From contig NC_087437.1 in NCBI RefSeq assembly GCF_036321535.1, positions 77,314,001 to 77,378,000 on the forward strand: 64,000 nt of DNA, given 5' to 3'. The notes beneath the pieces are model-generated. The model made no database searches and was not told the DNA's origin. It worked only from the letters and a program-made list of their open reading frames with translations. The stretch comes from Camelus dromedarius (taxonomy: Eukaryota). The translations under genes and the position numbers were made by a program. Below are positions 1 to 13,606 of the stretch, piece by piece; the stretch's first letter is position 1, and each line of letters starts with the position of its first letter.

Positions 1-149
1 GCCAGTTAAATAATCTTATATAAGAATGATTAACAAAAACATATAGGTTATTTTTTAATGGGACAGCAAAAGACTCACTGCTTTACCCTGTTTTATTCCC
101 ACGTAAACACATAGATGGTAAAGAATAATCCAGAAACATAAGAATCAAG

Positions 150-835
150 ATCAAAACAATCAAGGTAAAATTTAGTAAGAATAAATACGAAATTCTGCAT
201 TACTTTTCAGATAAGTCAGTTAAACAGCTCACCTGGGGAAAAAAGTAAGCATTTTAGTTAACTGAAACTTAATATAAGCCACCATATGTAATGAGTTGCC
301 AAAAACATTCATGAAATCCTAATCTATACTAAGAGAAGAAGAAAGAACATACTTAGGCCACTATACTGTCTTGGTCAGATCCCATGTAATGTATTATACT
401 TATATCTGGTTGCCATGCTTTAAAATGCACTGTGACAAAGCTGTAGAAAGTTCTCAGAATGATGGCTAGAATACAGAAGGGACCTTGCTCTATTATGTAA
501 GAAGTATCTAAAGTATCCAGGACGTTAACTCTGAAATTAAAAATCCTCAGTGGAGTTGGGAGAGATGTTATAAAATATAAGAAATAAGCTCTTATAAAAA
601 TGGTAACAGAATTGCTTTATAATTGGTAATCTTAAAGCTTGGACCAATGAATAAAAGTTTAGAAGGAAATTTCATTTCAGTATCAAGGAAAACATTCTTA
701 TATTTAGTAAATACTGAAAATTGAGATCTGTTTCAAGTCCATGAGCTCACCATCACTGGATGATCAACTGGCAGATGTCCTGTCAGAGAGAAGCTAAAAA
801 CATGATCTGTAAGGTCCCTTCCAGTGCTTAAAGTG
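150..835 (+). mobile_element. L3/CR1 LINE 3' remnant, highly decayed
   Basis: 3' end 'gatctgtaaggtcccttccag' and upstream 'cttggtcagatcccatgtaatgtattatacttatatctgg' follow the CR1/L3 3' consensus as I recall it. Confidence 0.55.
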
Positions 836-837
836 TA

Positions 838-3725
838 CAATAAATGCCTACATTAAGAAAAAAGAAAGATCTTAAGTAAACAACCCAACTTTACACCTCA
901 GGGAACTAGAAAAAAGAAGAACAAACATAAGCCTAAAGTTAATAAGAGGAAGAAAATAACTATTATCAGATAGGAGGTAAATGAAATAAAGACTGAAAGG
1001 ACAATAGCAAAGATCAACAAAACTAAGAAATGTTTTTATTTTTGAAAAGATAAACAAAATAGGCAAAACTTCAGCTAGATTAACCAAGAAAAAAGGAGGG
1101 AGGACTCAAATAAATAAAATTGTAAATTGGACAACCTAGAAGAAACTGATAAAGTCCTAGATATGTACAACATACCAAGACAGAATCATGAAAAAAGAGA
1201 AAATCAAAATAGACCAATTACTAGTAAGGAGGTTTAATCAGTAATCAGAAACCTCCCAACAAAGAAATCTAGGACTGGATGGCCTCACTGGTGAATTCTT
1301 CCAAACATTTTGAGAAGGATTTGCGTTAATTATGGATCTGAATTAATTCTGCCAAAAAAAACAGAAGAGGTGGGAATACTTTCAAATTTATTTTATGAGG
1401 CTAGCATTACTCTAATACCAAAACCAGACAAGAAAATGAGAAAAGTAAAATACAGGCCAATATCTCTGGAAGCACATAGACACAAAACTCCTCAACAAGA
1501 TATTAGCAAACAGTTCATTAAAGGATCATACACGATGATCAAAAGGGATTTATTCCAGGGATGCAAGGATGGATCAACATCTGGAAATTAATCAATGTGA
1601 TACACTGTATGAACAAAATAAAGGATAAAAATCATATAATAATCTCAATTGATGCAGAAAAAGCATTTGACACCTGTTCATGATAAAAAAACTCCGAACA
1701 AACTGAGTATAGAGGAAACATACCTCAACACAATAAAGGCCATATAGGACAAGCAGACAGCTAACATTTTCAACAGTGTAAAGCTAAAAGCCTTTTCTGT
1801 AAGGTCAGGACCAAGACAAGGATGCCTACTCTTGTAATCTTGACACAGCACAGTAGTGGAAGTCCTGGACAGAATAATTAGGCAAGAAAAAGAAAGAAAA
1901 GGCATCCAAATTGAAAAGGAAGAAGTAAAATTGTCTCTATTTGGAGATGACATGCAAAAACACCTAAAGCCTCCTAAAGCCTCCACCAAAATACAGAACT
2001 AATAAACAAATCCAATAAAGTTGCAGGATAAAAAGCAATATACAAAAATCAGTAGTATTTCTATACAGTAACAATAAACTATCAGAGAAATTAAGAAAAT
2101 AATCCCCTAAAGTAGCAGCAAAATGAATGAAATATTTAGGAATAAATTTAATCAAAAGGTGAGAGATCTGTACACTGAGAACTATAAGACATTGTTGAAA
2201 GAAATTCAAGAAGATGCACACAAAAGAATAGAGACATTGCCTGCTCATGGATTTGAAGAATGAATATTGTTAAAATGTCCACACTACCCAAAGCTATCTA
2301 CAGATTCAATGCAATCCCTATTAAAATTCTAAAGGCATTTTTCATAGAGATAGAAAAAACAACCTGAGAATTTGTGTGGAACCGCAAGCGACGCCAAATA
2401 GCCAGTGCAATCTTAAGAAAGAAGAACAAATCTGGAATCGTCATGTTTCCTGATTTCAAACTATATTACAAAGCTATTGTAATTACAAAAAATATGCCAT
2501 TGGTATAAAAACAGACACATAGATCAATGGAACAGAATGAAAGAGCCCAGGAATAAACCTATGTGTGTATAGTCAATTAANNNNNNNNNNNNNNNNNNNN
2601 NNNNNNNNNNNNNNNNNNNNNNNNNNNNNNNNNNNNNNNNNNNNNNNNNNNNNNNNNNNNNNNNNNNNNNNNNNNNNNNNNNNNNNNNNNNNNNNNNNNN
2701 NNNNNNNNNNNNNNTACACCAAACACAAACATCAACTCAAAATGGATTAAAGATGTGAATGTAAGATCTGAAATCATAAAACTCCTAGGAGAAAACACAG
2801 GGGGTAAGCTCTTTGACAGTGGTCTTGGCAATGATTTTTTTTTTTTTTGATTTGACACCAAAAGCAAAAATAAATGCAAATCAAAATCCCAATGAGATAT
2901 CTCATACCTGTTAGAATGGCTATCTCACGAAGACAAGAGGTAACAAAGGTTGGCCAGGATATGGACAAAAAGGAACTCTTGTGCACTGTTGGTGAGNNNN
3001 NNNNNNNNNNNNNNNNNNNNNNNNNNNNNNNNNNNNNNNNNNNNNNNNNNNNNNNNNNNNNNNNNNNNNNNNNNNNNNNNNNNNNNNNNNNNNNNNNNNN
3101 NNNNNNNNNNNNNNNNNNNNNNNNNNNAGAGATTATCTACACTCCTGTGCTTATGAAGCATTGTTTACAATAGCCAAGATATGGTAGCAACCTAAGTGCC
3201 CAGCAATGGATGAATGGATGAGGAAGATGTGGTGTACATTTACAATGGAATATTATTCAGACTTGAGAAAGATATCCTGCTATTTGCAACATGAATGGAT
3301 CTTGAAGGCATTGTTTAGTGAAGTAAGTCAGACAGATAAAGACAAATACTATGTGATGTCACTTATATGCAGAATCTAGAAAAGCCAAACTCACAGAAAC
3401 AGAGACTAGAATGGTGGCTACCAGGGGCTGGTTAGTGGGGGGAACGGGGAGATGTTGGTCAGAGAGTACAAATCTCCAGCTGTAAGATGATTGTAGTTAA
3501 CAATACTGTTTTATATACTTGAAAGTTGCTAAAAGAGTAAATCTTAAATTTTCTCACTGCAAAAAAGACCTGATAATTATGTGACCTGATGGAGGTGTTG
3601 GCTAATGCTGTGTTTGGTGGTCATCATTTTACAGTATATACATGTCTGAAGTCAACACATTGTACCCCGTAAACATACACAGTGTTATATGTCAATTATA
3701 TCTCAATAAAGCCAGGGAAAAAAAG
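838..3725 (+). mobile_element. 5'-truncated, internally deleted L1 (L1MA9-like 3' end): ORF2 remnant plus 3' UTR
   Basis: RT-region motifs LIPKPDK..YRPISL (ORF 1310-1591), 'gatgcagaaaaagcatttgac' (DAEKAFD), 'tttggagatgacatg' (FGDDM, a decayed FADDM), C-terminal MQIK..MRY. It ends in 'tatatctcaataaagcc' plus an A-rich tail. Many stops and frameshifts. Confidence 0.95.
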
Positions 3726-6252
3726 ATAAATGTGCGTTTTGATTCTGCCTTTTTGAATGAGGGAATTGTTCTTCTAGAGAATCTGTTTTTCTGTTGTTTC
3801 CATACCACTGCAGAGCTATGCGTGGCACCCAGCAGGAACAGAGGACACTAATATCAATGCCAGGGAAGTCACTCAAAAAGCAAATGATCTGAGGAGTCCC
3901 AAGGGTTTGAAGACAAGTCTTTGAAGAGCCTCTCTGTATGGCAAGCCTCACATCTGATTTGACCGGTCTGCTGCACCCCAGATTAGATGAGATTCCTTGA
4001 AATGAGAGGTCTGCAACCTAACTCTTCCTGGTGACTCTTCCCTCTGACAGCTGCCTATTTTATCTCTGTGTGGCAATAAAGATAAAACGCAGTTTACTTT
4101 GTTTCAAAAAAGCATCACACTACAACCTCCATCCACTCACCACCTCATACACACAAATGGACACAGCCTTTCTAAATGATGCATACCTGGGCCGCTTGAG
4201 ATAAAAATTCCTCTTTCCACCCATCTACTGTTCTTGTGTAATAATTAAATATTGCGGGAGAAACTGAAAGCTTCAAATGTTAAGGAGCCAGTGACATTCC
4301 TCTTTTAAGACCCCTCTGAATTTCAGTAATGTAGCCAGCTACCTTGGTTAGCAACACTTTGTATTTTCATCTTCAGAGAGCATTAAAATGGATACAGGTT
4401 TATTAAAAACAGTGCCAAGCATACAGCATCTGATGTTATTTGTCATATAAATATTAACTTGGTAAGAAGATATTAGTAGAGATAGTGGAGTATTTATGGC
4501 CAACCATCTTTGGGGGAAAATTTTTGCTAAAATTTCAGGGTAGATGTGTTAAAATTCTAAACTGTACCTTCTTTTGCAGGTTAGAGAGAAATCATCTAAG
4601 AAAAGTATTCAAAATTTTGTTTCCTTTTAAAGAACTGTTCAAAATGAGGCACAGAAAATGACTACAGCATCATGCCTTTGGGTGCTTCTCATGCAGGGAA
4701 ATTATTGCTGGTTCAACATTCTCACAGTGGCCTCTCCAAAACTACCCTTCACACCCTCAGCCTCTTCATCCTTCAAATGAGAGGGAAGGGCTTCCAAAGA
4801 TGATATAAGATCGAGGAGCTTTATTGGTATAGTAGGTAGAATGGCTAACTCTCTCTCCTTATCCTATGAGACTATAAACTGGGCTCCTCTGATATGATTT
4901 GGGACAATATCAACTGAGAGGGAGGCACCAGGGCCAAGCAGGTGAGACTTAATCCTCAGGAAGCTTTAGGCCTGTTGATGTACTAAATGCCCCACTTCTA
5001 AAGGTAAGAGATAAATGAAGGCATCGTGTGACAATAAATCCTTATATATACCTGATGGAAAGTTACAGAACTAATTCTAACCCTTGTAGCATTCATTTTA
5101 ACTGTGATCTGTTTATTGTTGTAAAATTATTGATCTGTTTACTATTGTAAAAATTACATCATCTAGTTCACTTGATTTAACTGTTTCAATTCAGTTCAAC
5201 AAACGTTTGATGATTTTCTAGGACCTGTCATCCTTGAACTGTTTTCTGTCTGGGACTGTGCTGCATCTTCTAAGCCTTGCCCTTAGCACTTGGACAGGGC
5301 CTCCGAACCCTCTAGCTCTCCTCCCTCTGCCTGTCTCCCAGCTCTCACCATCCCAGGTGCCTGCCACCTCCTTTTGCTGCTGTCAGGACGTGGGTACCGG
5401 CTGCCCACGTGGCTCTTTTCCTTCCTTAAGCTACAGCTCCTGCTGCCAAGTGGGGAGATCGTTTTTTATCCCCCCTTTCAGCCCTCAGAGCCCTTTAGAT
5501 TTCCGGATTGCTGCCTGAAGTTTCAGCTTTATAGTCTTGCTTATTAAGTAGAAAAGGCGTTCTCTAGAAATAAGATAAATGAGAATTACAGGCTACAACC
5601 CAAAGCTGCATATTTTCCTTATTGATCACAAGGCTAGTGTATCGGGCCCAAAACAGGCTAAGAAAATCCCTGTGCCATTCCCAACCTCAGGATGTGCTTT
5701 TACATAACTGCCTCACAGTCATTCCTTCTCCCTCTGATGTCTTGAGGGGCCTATTTGACACCAAATCTCCTTTTCTTGTTCCCTGGAAGCCAGTGTGGTG
5801 CTCATGAAAATAAGGCTCCAGGTAATGGCAGAATTCCTAAGTGGCCGTGCTATACAACCCACTGTGGCTTGATTTCAGTCCCCAGAACTCTTTGGGAGTC
5901 ATATATATGATTACCTATAAATAGGGAAATAAAGAACCAGTGGAGCACAGTGTTCTCTGATTTCATACACATTGCCTTTTGTTGAACCATAGTCATACTA
6001 TTGCATACTCTTCTCCCCAGAACTGACAATCTCTTTTTATTGCTATGATTTGTTTTCTCAACTACAGTCCCATGTTTCTGATTCTCCCTCTCATCTTTTC
6101 ACTGAATTTTCTTACTTCAGATTATGTGCAAACAACAGAGGGATTTTGTTAAACTCTAATTCCCCAGACTTAAAACCTAAATAATGGAAAGTAACCAACA
6201 ATCTGACATAACTTTGATACCATGTGGTGTTAAAGTAATTGAACAAGGAGAC

Positions 6253-6563
6253 TGTTAGACTGAAGTGGCTCAATGTGGCATGGAGGCCTATGTAAGCAAA
6301 CCAAGATCTTAGCCTGTAAACGTCTCAAGATTGCAAAATCAAAACCTAAGGACAACCAGTTGTGACCAGCCAACTCAGCTTTAAACTACAGGCAATCAAT
6401 AATTTCCTTGCTTTCCTTCCACCTTTTCTCTTTAAAAATCTCTTCTCAGCTCCTGTTGGTGGCATGCTCCTAATCACTTCTAGTTTGGATCTGCCTAATT
6501 CTAATCTATTTTTGCTCAGATAAACTCTTAAAAATTTTAATATGGCTCAATTTACCTTTTAAG
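6253..6563 (+). mobile_element. ERV1-class (MER4-group-like) solo LTR
   Basis: Starts 'tgttagactg' and ends 'gataaactcttaaaaattttaatatggctcaatttaccttttaaga', the typical MER4-group 3' end. Exact family uncertain. Confidence 0.65.
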
Positions 6564-7583
6564 AGCTGGAAGACAATTAGTACTGTTTGTCAGGTTAAAA
6601 ACCAAAGTTAAATAGCTTTTATTCTACCAAAGTAGTATAATCAGGCCATTAAGTACTTGTCATCCAAACCTGTAACTCCGCTGACCTCATGCTCCTTAGA
6701 AAGACCTTGTTTGCCCACTTGTCATGGAGTTGATTCATTTTCATTTTAAAAAAGGAGTTATTTCTGAAAATAAAATAGAAACCCAAACTTCACATGGAAA
6801 TACACATTGATATGAATACCACGTCATATCCACAGGATGTTTAAATGTCATAAAACATATTCCAAATAATTGTTCATTAATCACTAACTCTTAAGATGAA
6901 AGTCATTTGAAATTGAGCAATTAAAAGTGAAAAAAAAAAAGATCCAGTAGAAGCCTTCAATGAAAAAACATTGTATTTAGCATAGTATTAGAGCATATAG
7001 AACTGTACATGTATTTGAAGTGTTGGAAACTGATCACATTTCAAACTAAAGGCAAACGAAAAATTGAATGTAATTAACAGAGATATCTGCCTTGAGAATA
7101 AAGGCTACAACTGTCTGGCTGACTAAAATGCTTCCAATTCTTTGTTCTGCCAGAGATATTCAGAATCCATAAAGAACCTGGGATGGCAAGGATTCCAAAA
7201 CCATTGCTGAAGCGTGGCTGAAAACACAATGTAAAGATCAGTGAGCTGTTACTCTATTGATACATCTTTTTCTAGCAGCACTTTTTCCAAATTGGAAGCA
7301 TCAATTTTCCAAAACTCAGAAATATTTCATAAAAACTCCATTTGTTTTTCATCTAGAGCAACTATATAACTATCACCAGCACAGCATCATCTTATTTTTT
7401 AGCTAATTTTAAGTGAAGTCCAGTTGCATTAACATTTTTATGCCATGAATTTCTTTTTTATTCCTGTTATCTAAGTGTTACTAATTTGTCTAGTGTTACA
7501 GTTACCTTGAATATAGCAACATCATAATTTATATTTGTATTGACCTCACGTATTTTATTGATTTGTTTATCTTGTATATATTT

Positions 7584-8188
7584 ATTTTTTATTGAAGTAT
7601 AGTCAATTTACAATGTTGTGTCAATTTCTGGTGTACAGCATAATGCTTCAGTCATACATGAACATGCATATATTCATTTTCATATTCTTTTTCTCCATAG
7701 GTTACTGCAAGATATTGAATATAGTTCCCTGTGCTATACAGTATGAACTTGTTGTTTATTTTATGTATATTAGTCAGTATCTGCAAATCTCAAGCTCCCA
7801 ATTTATTCCTTCCCACTCCCTTTCCACCCTGGTAATCATAAGTTTGTTTTCTATGTCTGTGAGTCTGTTTCTGTTTTGTAAGTAAGTTTGTCCTTTTTTT
7901 TAGATTCCACATATAAGTGATATCATATGGTATTTTTCTTTCTCTTTCTGGCTTAACTTCNNNNNNNNNNNNNNNNNNNNNNNNNNNNNNNNNNNNNNNN
8001 NNNNNNNNNNNNNNNNNNNNNNNNNNNNNNNNNNNNNNNNNNNNNNNNNNNNNNNNNNNNNNNNNNNNNNNNNNNNNNNNNNNNNNNNNNNNNNNNNNNN
8101 NNNNNNNNNNNNNNNNNNNNNNNNNNNNNNNNNNNNNNNNNNNNNNNNNNNNNNNNNNNNNNNNNGAATTAAGGTTCCCTTTGGATAT
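7584..8188 (-). mobile_element. Lineage-specific (camelid/artiodactyl-type) L1 3' fragment
   Basis: T-tail then 'attgaagtatagtcaatttacaatgttgtgtcaatttctggtgtacagcat'; highly similar to the copy at 47921-49185. Confidence 0.9.
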
Positions 8189-8274
8189 AGTGACCTCACA
8201 TGTTTTAATATGCATAATCACTTGTATGGGCAAATAAGCATTATTACTCCCAATTTCTTTAGGGTAAATAAACT

Positions 8275-11200
8275 TAGTTTCTTAGAGCAGTGTTAGCTTC
8301 AGCAGAACTGAGCAGAAAGAACAGAGCAGAGAGTTCCCATACACTCCTATTCTCATACATGCACAGCCTCCCCCATTATCAACATTCCCCACCAGAATGG
8401 TACATTTGTTGCAATAAATGAANNNNNNNNNNNNNNNNNNNNNNNNNNNNNNNNNNNNNNNNNNNNNNNNNNNNNNNNNNNNNNNNNNNNNNNNNNNNNN
8501 NNNNNNNNNNNNNNNNNNNNNNNNNNNNNNNNNNNNNNNNNNNNNNNNNNNNNNNNNNNNNNNNNNNNNNNNNTGCTCTAAGAATCCTCTGAGAACAGAG
8601 GATTTTTAGGACAGTGGGACTTCTGTATAACACTNNNNNNNNNNNNNNNNNNNNNNNNNNNNNNNNNNNNNNNNNNNNNNNNNNNNNNNNNNNNNNNNNN
8701 NNNNNNNNNNNNNNNNNNNNNNNNNNNNNNNNNNNNNNNNNNNNNNNNNNNNNNNNNNNNNNNNNNNNNNNNNNTTCTCTGCTGGGGGATGTTGATAATG
8801 CAGGAGGCGGTGCATGTGTGGGGGAAGGGAATATATGGGAAATCTCTGTACCTTACTCTTTGTTTTTCCATGAACTAAAAATTGCTCTGAAAAATATATG
8901 CATAAAAAAACCCTACATGCTTTGCCTATTCTTCCCTCCCTCCCTATAACTCCTGGCAAATACCAAAATTTTTACTGACTCCATAGCTTTGTCTTTTTCT
9001 GGAATGTCATACATTTGAAAACATTGTACATAGCTTTTTCGGATTGACTTCTTTTACTTAGTAATATGCATTTAAGTTTCCTTTGTGTCTTTTCGTGGCT
9101 TGATATTTCATTTCTTTTTAACACTAAATAATATTTTATTGTCTGGATATACTATAGTTTATTCATTCACTTACCAAAAAACATTGTGGTTGCTTCCAAG
9201 TTTTGACATCTGTGTGCAGGTTTTTGTGTGGACATAGAGTTTCAACTCCTTTGGGTTGTTGGATTGCTAGATCATAGGGTAAGATTATGTTTAGTTTTCT
9301 AAGAAACAGCCAAACTGTCTTCCAAAGTGGCTATACCATTATGCATTTCTACCACAATTAATGAGTTCCTGTCTTTATATTTAAAGTGGGTTTCTGGTAG
9401 ACAACATATGTTTGTTGCCTTTGTTTTTTCTTCCTTTTTTGTCTTCTACTCTTTTTCTGCCTTTTGAGGTTTTAATTGAGCATTTTATATGATTCCATAT
9501 TTTTTCCTTTCTTAATATATCAATTGTGTTTCTTTTTTGTTACTTTTGTTAGTGATTGCCATTGATTTGGCAATATACACCTACAATCAATCCAAGTCTA
9601 CTTTCAGATAACACTATACAACTTCATGGGTGTTGCAAGTACCTTATAATAACAAAATGTTTATGATTCTTTCCTCCCATCTTTTGTAACATTGCTGGCA
9701 TTTATTTCCCTTTACATAAATGGANNNNNNNNNNNNNNNNNNNNNNNNNNNNNNNNNNNNNNNNNNNNNNNNNNNNNNNNNNNNNNNNNNNNNNNNNNNN
9801 NNNNNNNNNNNNNNNNNNNNNNNNNNNNNNNNNNNNNNNNNNNNNNNNNNNNNNNNNNNNNNNNNNNNNAAGTTTATGACCTATATCATTTCCTTCTCTC
9901 TGAAGAAGAAATTTTTTAATATTTCTTGCAAGGCAGTTTTAGAAACAAATCCCCTCAATTTTTATTTGTCTGAGAAAGTCTTTGTTTCTCTTTCACTTTA
10001 AATGGACAATTTGCAGGGTACCAAATTCTAGGTTGGTGGGGTTTTTTTTCTTTCAATACTTGAAATATTGAAATGAGATGTAATTCTTATCTTTGCTCTT
10101 CTATAGGTAAAACGGGATTTTCCTCTGGCTTCTTTCATTATTTTTTTTTCTTTATCTTTGATTTTTTAAAGTTTGAATATAATATGCCTATGTTTAGGGT
10201 TTTTTCCTTGTGTTTATCTGCTTGGTATTCTATGAGATTCCGGGATGTGCATTTTGGTGGCTGGCATTAATTTGGAGGGAAATTTTAAGTTATTATGGCT
10301 TCAAATACTACTTCCATTCTTTCCTCTCTTAAGCTTCTCCTTCTGGTATTCCATCACACGTATGTTACAAATTTTGTGGTTATCCCACAGTTTTGGGGTA
10401 TGCTAGTCTGTTGGGTTTTTCTTTTTTTGTCATTTTTTCTTTTTGTTTCATTTTTGGAATTTTCTGTTGTCATATTCTTGAGTGCGGAGATTCTTTCTGA
10501 GGCCTTTTCTTGTCTACTAATAAGCTTATCAGAAGCATTCTTCATTTCTGTTAGTGTTTTTGATCTCTAGAATTTCCTTTTGATTCTTAGAATTTCCCTC
10601 TCTCTCCTTACATTATTCATTTGCTCTTGCATGTTACCTACTTTTACATTAGATCTCTTAGCATATTAATCATACTTGTTAAAAACTCCTGGTCTGATAA
10701 TTCCAACATTCCTAATTCTGGTTCTTATGCTTGTTCAGACTCTAAAACTGTTTTGTTTTGTTTTGTTTTTTGCCTTTTGGCATGTCTTGTAACTTTTTGT
10801 TGAAAGACATGATGTACTAGGTAACAAGAATGTGCTGATAATCAGTAGGCCTTTAGTAATGCAGTGGTAAGGTGTGGGGCAAGGGGAAGCATTCTACAGT
10901 CCTATGATTAAGTCTCAGTCTTCTGCTGAGCCTGTGCCCCTGGACTTCAAGCTTCTCCAGTGATTCTCAGGTTTTCTCCCTGTTAGCACAGAATGGCTAG
11001 AGAAAGTGGAGTTGTGTGTTTCCTTCCCCCATGTGAAAGGCCAGCGGGAAATAGAATTGAGTATTTCCCTTCCCCCAGGTAAGTTAGACTATTATAAAAC
11101 CCCAGAAGCTTAGGTTCTGGTAAAACAATTTCTCCTGAAGGCAGGCTTTTGTTAAGATCAGAATGTTCTGGTACATTTTAAAGTGGTTCTTTTTCGTCTT

Positions 11201-11595
11201 CTCTTGCCAGGACCTTGAGGGAATTTTTCTCTGATATTCATTTTATGGACTTGTTTGAGCTCCTGAAGGTCAAAATTCACAAAATTGTACTCTTTTCCAG
11301 CAATGACCAGGGCCTCCCTGAAATTGTTGACCCTCAGGAGTTGTCCACACCGAGCTTCCAGCAGTTCATTAATTACCACTCAGGTTTTCCTACCCTGTGG
11401 GTTTCTGCTCTGGTAATTTGGGATTCTCTCTATTCTCTTGTCTGACTCTCCAATTTGGGGGCAACAGTTGCTGTACGTGACGTCACGTTTCTGATTCTAG
11501 TTGTTGATTTTTCAGCTCCTACAGCTTTTTACTTGTATTAGGATGGGGAAGTGACTTCTAAGCTCCTTGCATGCTGAACTGAAAAACGGAAGTCA
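8275..11595 (-). mobile_element. Old L1 (L1MB3-like 3' end) joined to ORF2-start/ORF1/5' region; large internal deletion near 9375
   Basis: 3' end 'ttagagcagtgttagcttcagcagaactgagcagaaag' and 'tgtgcaggtttttgtgtggacata'. At ~9380 it jumps to 'ttaaagtgggtttctggtagacaacatat' (ORF2 5' region, antisense), then runs into L1M 5'-region-like sequence. Confidence 0.8.
8596..8910 (+). mobile_element. Inverted second copy of the L1MB 3' end, nested in the minus-strand L1MB
   Basis: 'cagaggatttttaggacagtg...gggggatgttgataatgcaggaggcggtgcatgtgtg...ttgctctgaaaaat' plus A7 is the reverse complement of 8275-8591. Confidence 0.85.
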
Positions 11596-12629
11596 GTATT
11601 CCCACTTTAAGATGAGAAAAAAAGAAAAGAAGAACTGTAAGAGATAAGTCACTTCTAAAGATCATATGGTATTTGTGATAGAATTGAGATCTAGGCCTGC
11701 TCTCCCCAAGTCTTAATTATTAGCCTGCTTTGTAATTGTCTGAAAGGAGGCTTAGATTCTTACTTATCCATCCTAAAAGGAAGTGACTAAGTTGGATTAA
11801 GGGTTCGATTTCTTCAATTCAGGAAAGGTCATTAAAAGAACATTCTATTTCTAAAACTTATCTTTCTTAAATTATAAAAACATATATACAAATGGGTTTA
11901 TTATAACAAAAAAATGTAAATAGGTGGAATGATTTTGGTAATTATGCACATGCTGACAATGGGATGTTAAGAAAATCAGGTAATAGAGTCAAATGTTTAT
12001 GACACTGTATTAAGTGAAGAGAGCTGACTATAAAACTGCCCATTTAAAATGGACAGTGAAAGAAAATAGAAAAAAGTACTAGTTGTGAACCATGAGCTTT
12101 TTAAAAAAGTGTATTGCATTGTGATAAATGTGTAAAAAATAACCCTTTTAAAAATATAAATCAATGATACTTTTCTATGCAAGTTGAAAACACTGTACTA
12201 GTCTTTGGAAAAAAAGAACAGCTTATTTCTTACAAATTTAGCTTAAAATTTAGAGTCATAAATACCAGCTCCTGACAGAACTATGTCATTTTTACATGGG
12301 AGAGTATGCTAGTGTAATAGGTGCCAGGTTGCTCCCTTTGCTGTTACATGTGCTCAAATGAATGGCTCTCGAGAGCCTTACTAAAATGGCATTGTGTGTC
12401 AGTTTAAACTAGGTATTTATGGCACAACAATGTAGAGACTGAAAGGAATGGAACACTGGGCAATTTCTATAGAAAAGGATTTTAGTAATGTAGTTGGGTA
12501 CAAGGCATCATCGACACAGGCTTGTATTCACCCTCATTCATTCAGCTCATTGTAAAAGATGCACGTGCCTAAATCCAAGAGAGTAGATAAATCTGACTTG
12601 AAATGTGTTTCTCTCTTTGGTATAATGCT

Positions 12630-12676
12630 TTTTCTTTCTTTCTTTCTCTCTTTCTTCTTTTTTTTTTTTTTTTTTA
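12630..12676. repeat. (CTTT)n-like plus poly(T) low-complexity tract
   Basis: Seen directly. Confidence 0.9.
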
Positions 12677-13606
12677 AGTTCTTTTTCAATAATTCCTTGC
12701 AGCTCCAGCTAACACACAATGAATTGTTGGCTCCTTTATTGAAGTATTGAAGGGGAGGGGGAAACGGGGAAACAGGGAAACACCACTTTTTAAAGCCAAT
12801 ACCAAAGAAAATAACTCCTTTTGTGTAAAGAGGGATCAATAGTAATCTGTGTTCTTTCACCTTCTTGTTTGTATTTTCTATTGATGTGTACAAAACCTAG
12901 ACATTTGGCTTTAAGTGTTGATTAAAATTTTTTTACAGAAAGAATAGAGAAGGAAACAGAGTAATTTTAACCATCGTTGACCCACTTTTAAAAATTCCAT
13001 TCTGTTCTTAATTCACATACCCCAACAAAAGAAAAAATCTTGAGGTATGTCTACATGCCAAAATACTCTTTCATTTTTCATTATTTTTTCTAGGGCAATG
13101 AATGCAGTTATGAAAGAGATCTAATTGGAATTATTTTAAAATCAGGAATTTTCAACCATGATAATTATTTGCCTGTAGCCATCTCTGCCTTTAGTTAATG
13201 GGAAGATGATTGTCTCACTTTGAACAAGTGGCTGAACAGAATGGAAGGAGGAGCGTTTCCCTTCCATGTGATGGTCCTTTTCCATTCTTAGGCCCTGATT
13301 GCTTTTATACCAAACTGAGAATGGAAATGCCCAAATCCATTCGAATGACTACTTTTTTCAGCAGTAACATGTATCAAAAATCCATTTTCCTTTAGAAATA
13401 TATAAGCTGAATAGGCAAACAGAAAACAAAAAATTGCTACATATGTGTACTGAAGGATTTAATGACTTAAGAATCACATTCAGTCATGTCTACCTAGGTT
13501 TAGCTTACCTGTGGGCCAATAATAGTTAAAGTACATAAAGAAAGCAATCTAGTACTTACATAATGAAAGCAATCTAGATATGTCTCTGACTGAAATTTGA
13601 TCTATT

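Noticed and set aside
872-3173. ORF-track entries in the first 3.2 kb, and those at 7592-10803, 31397-31894 and 47956-49216
   Set aside because: They lie within L1 copies: broken ORF2 pieces or antisense chance frames, several inflated by N runs translated as X.
5915-5924. Perfect MEF2 site CTATAAATAG
   Set aside because: A single AT-rich 10-mer is expected by chance in a 64-kb AT-rich window, and there is no supporting cluster.
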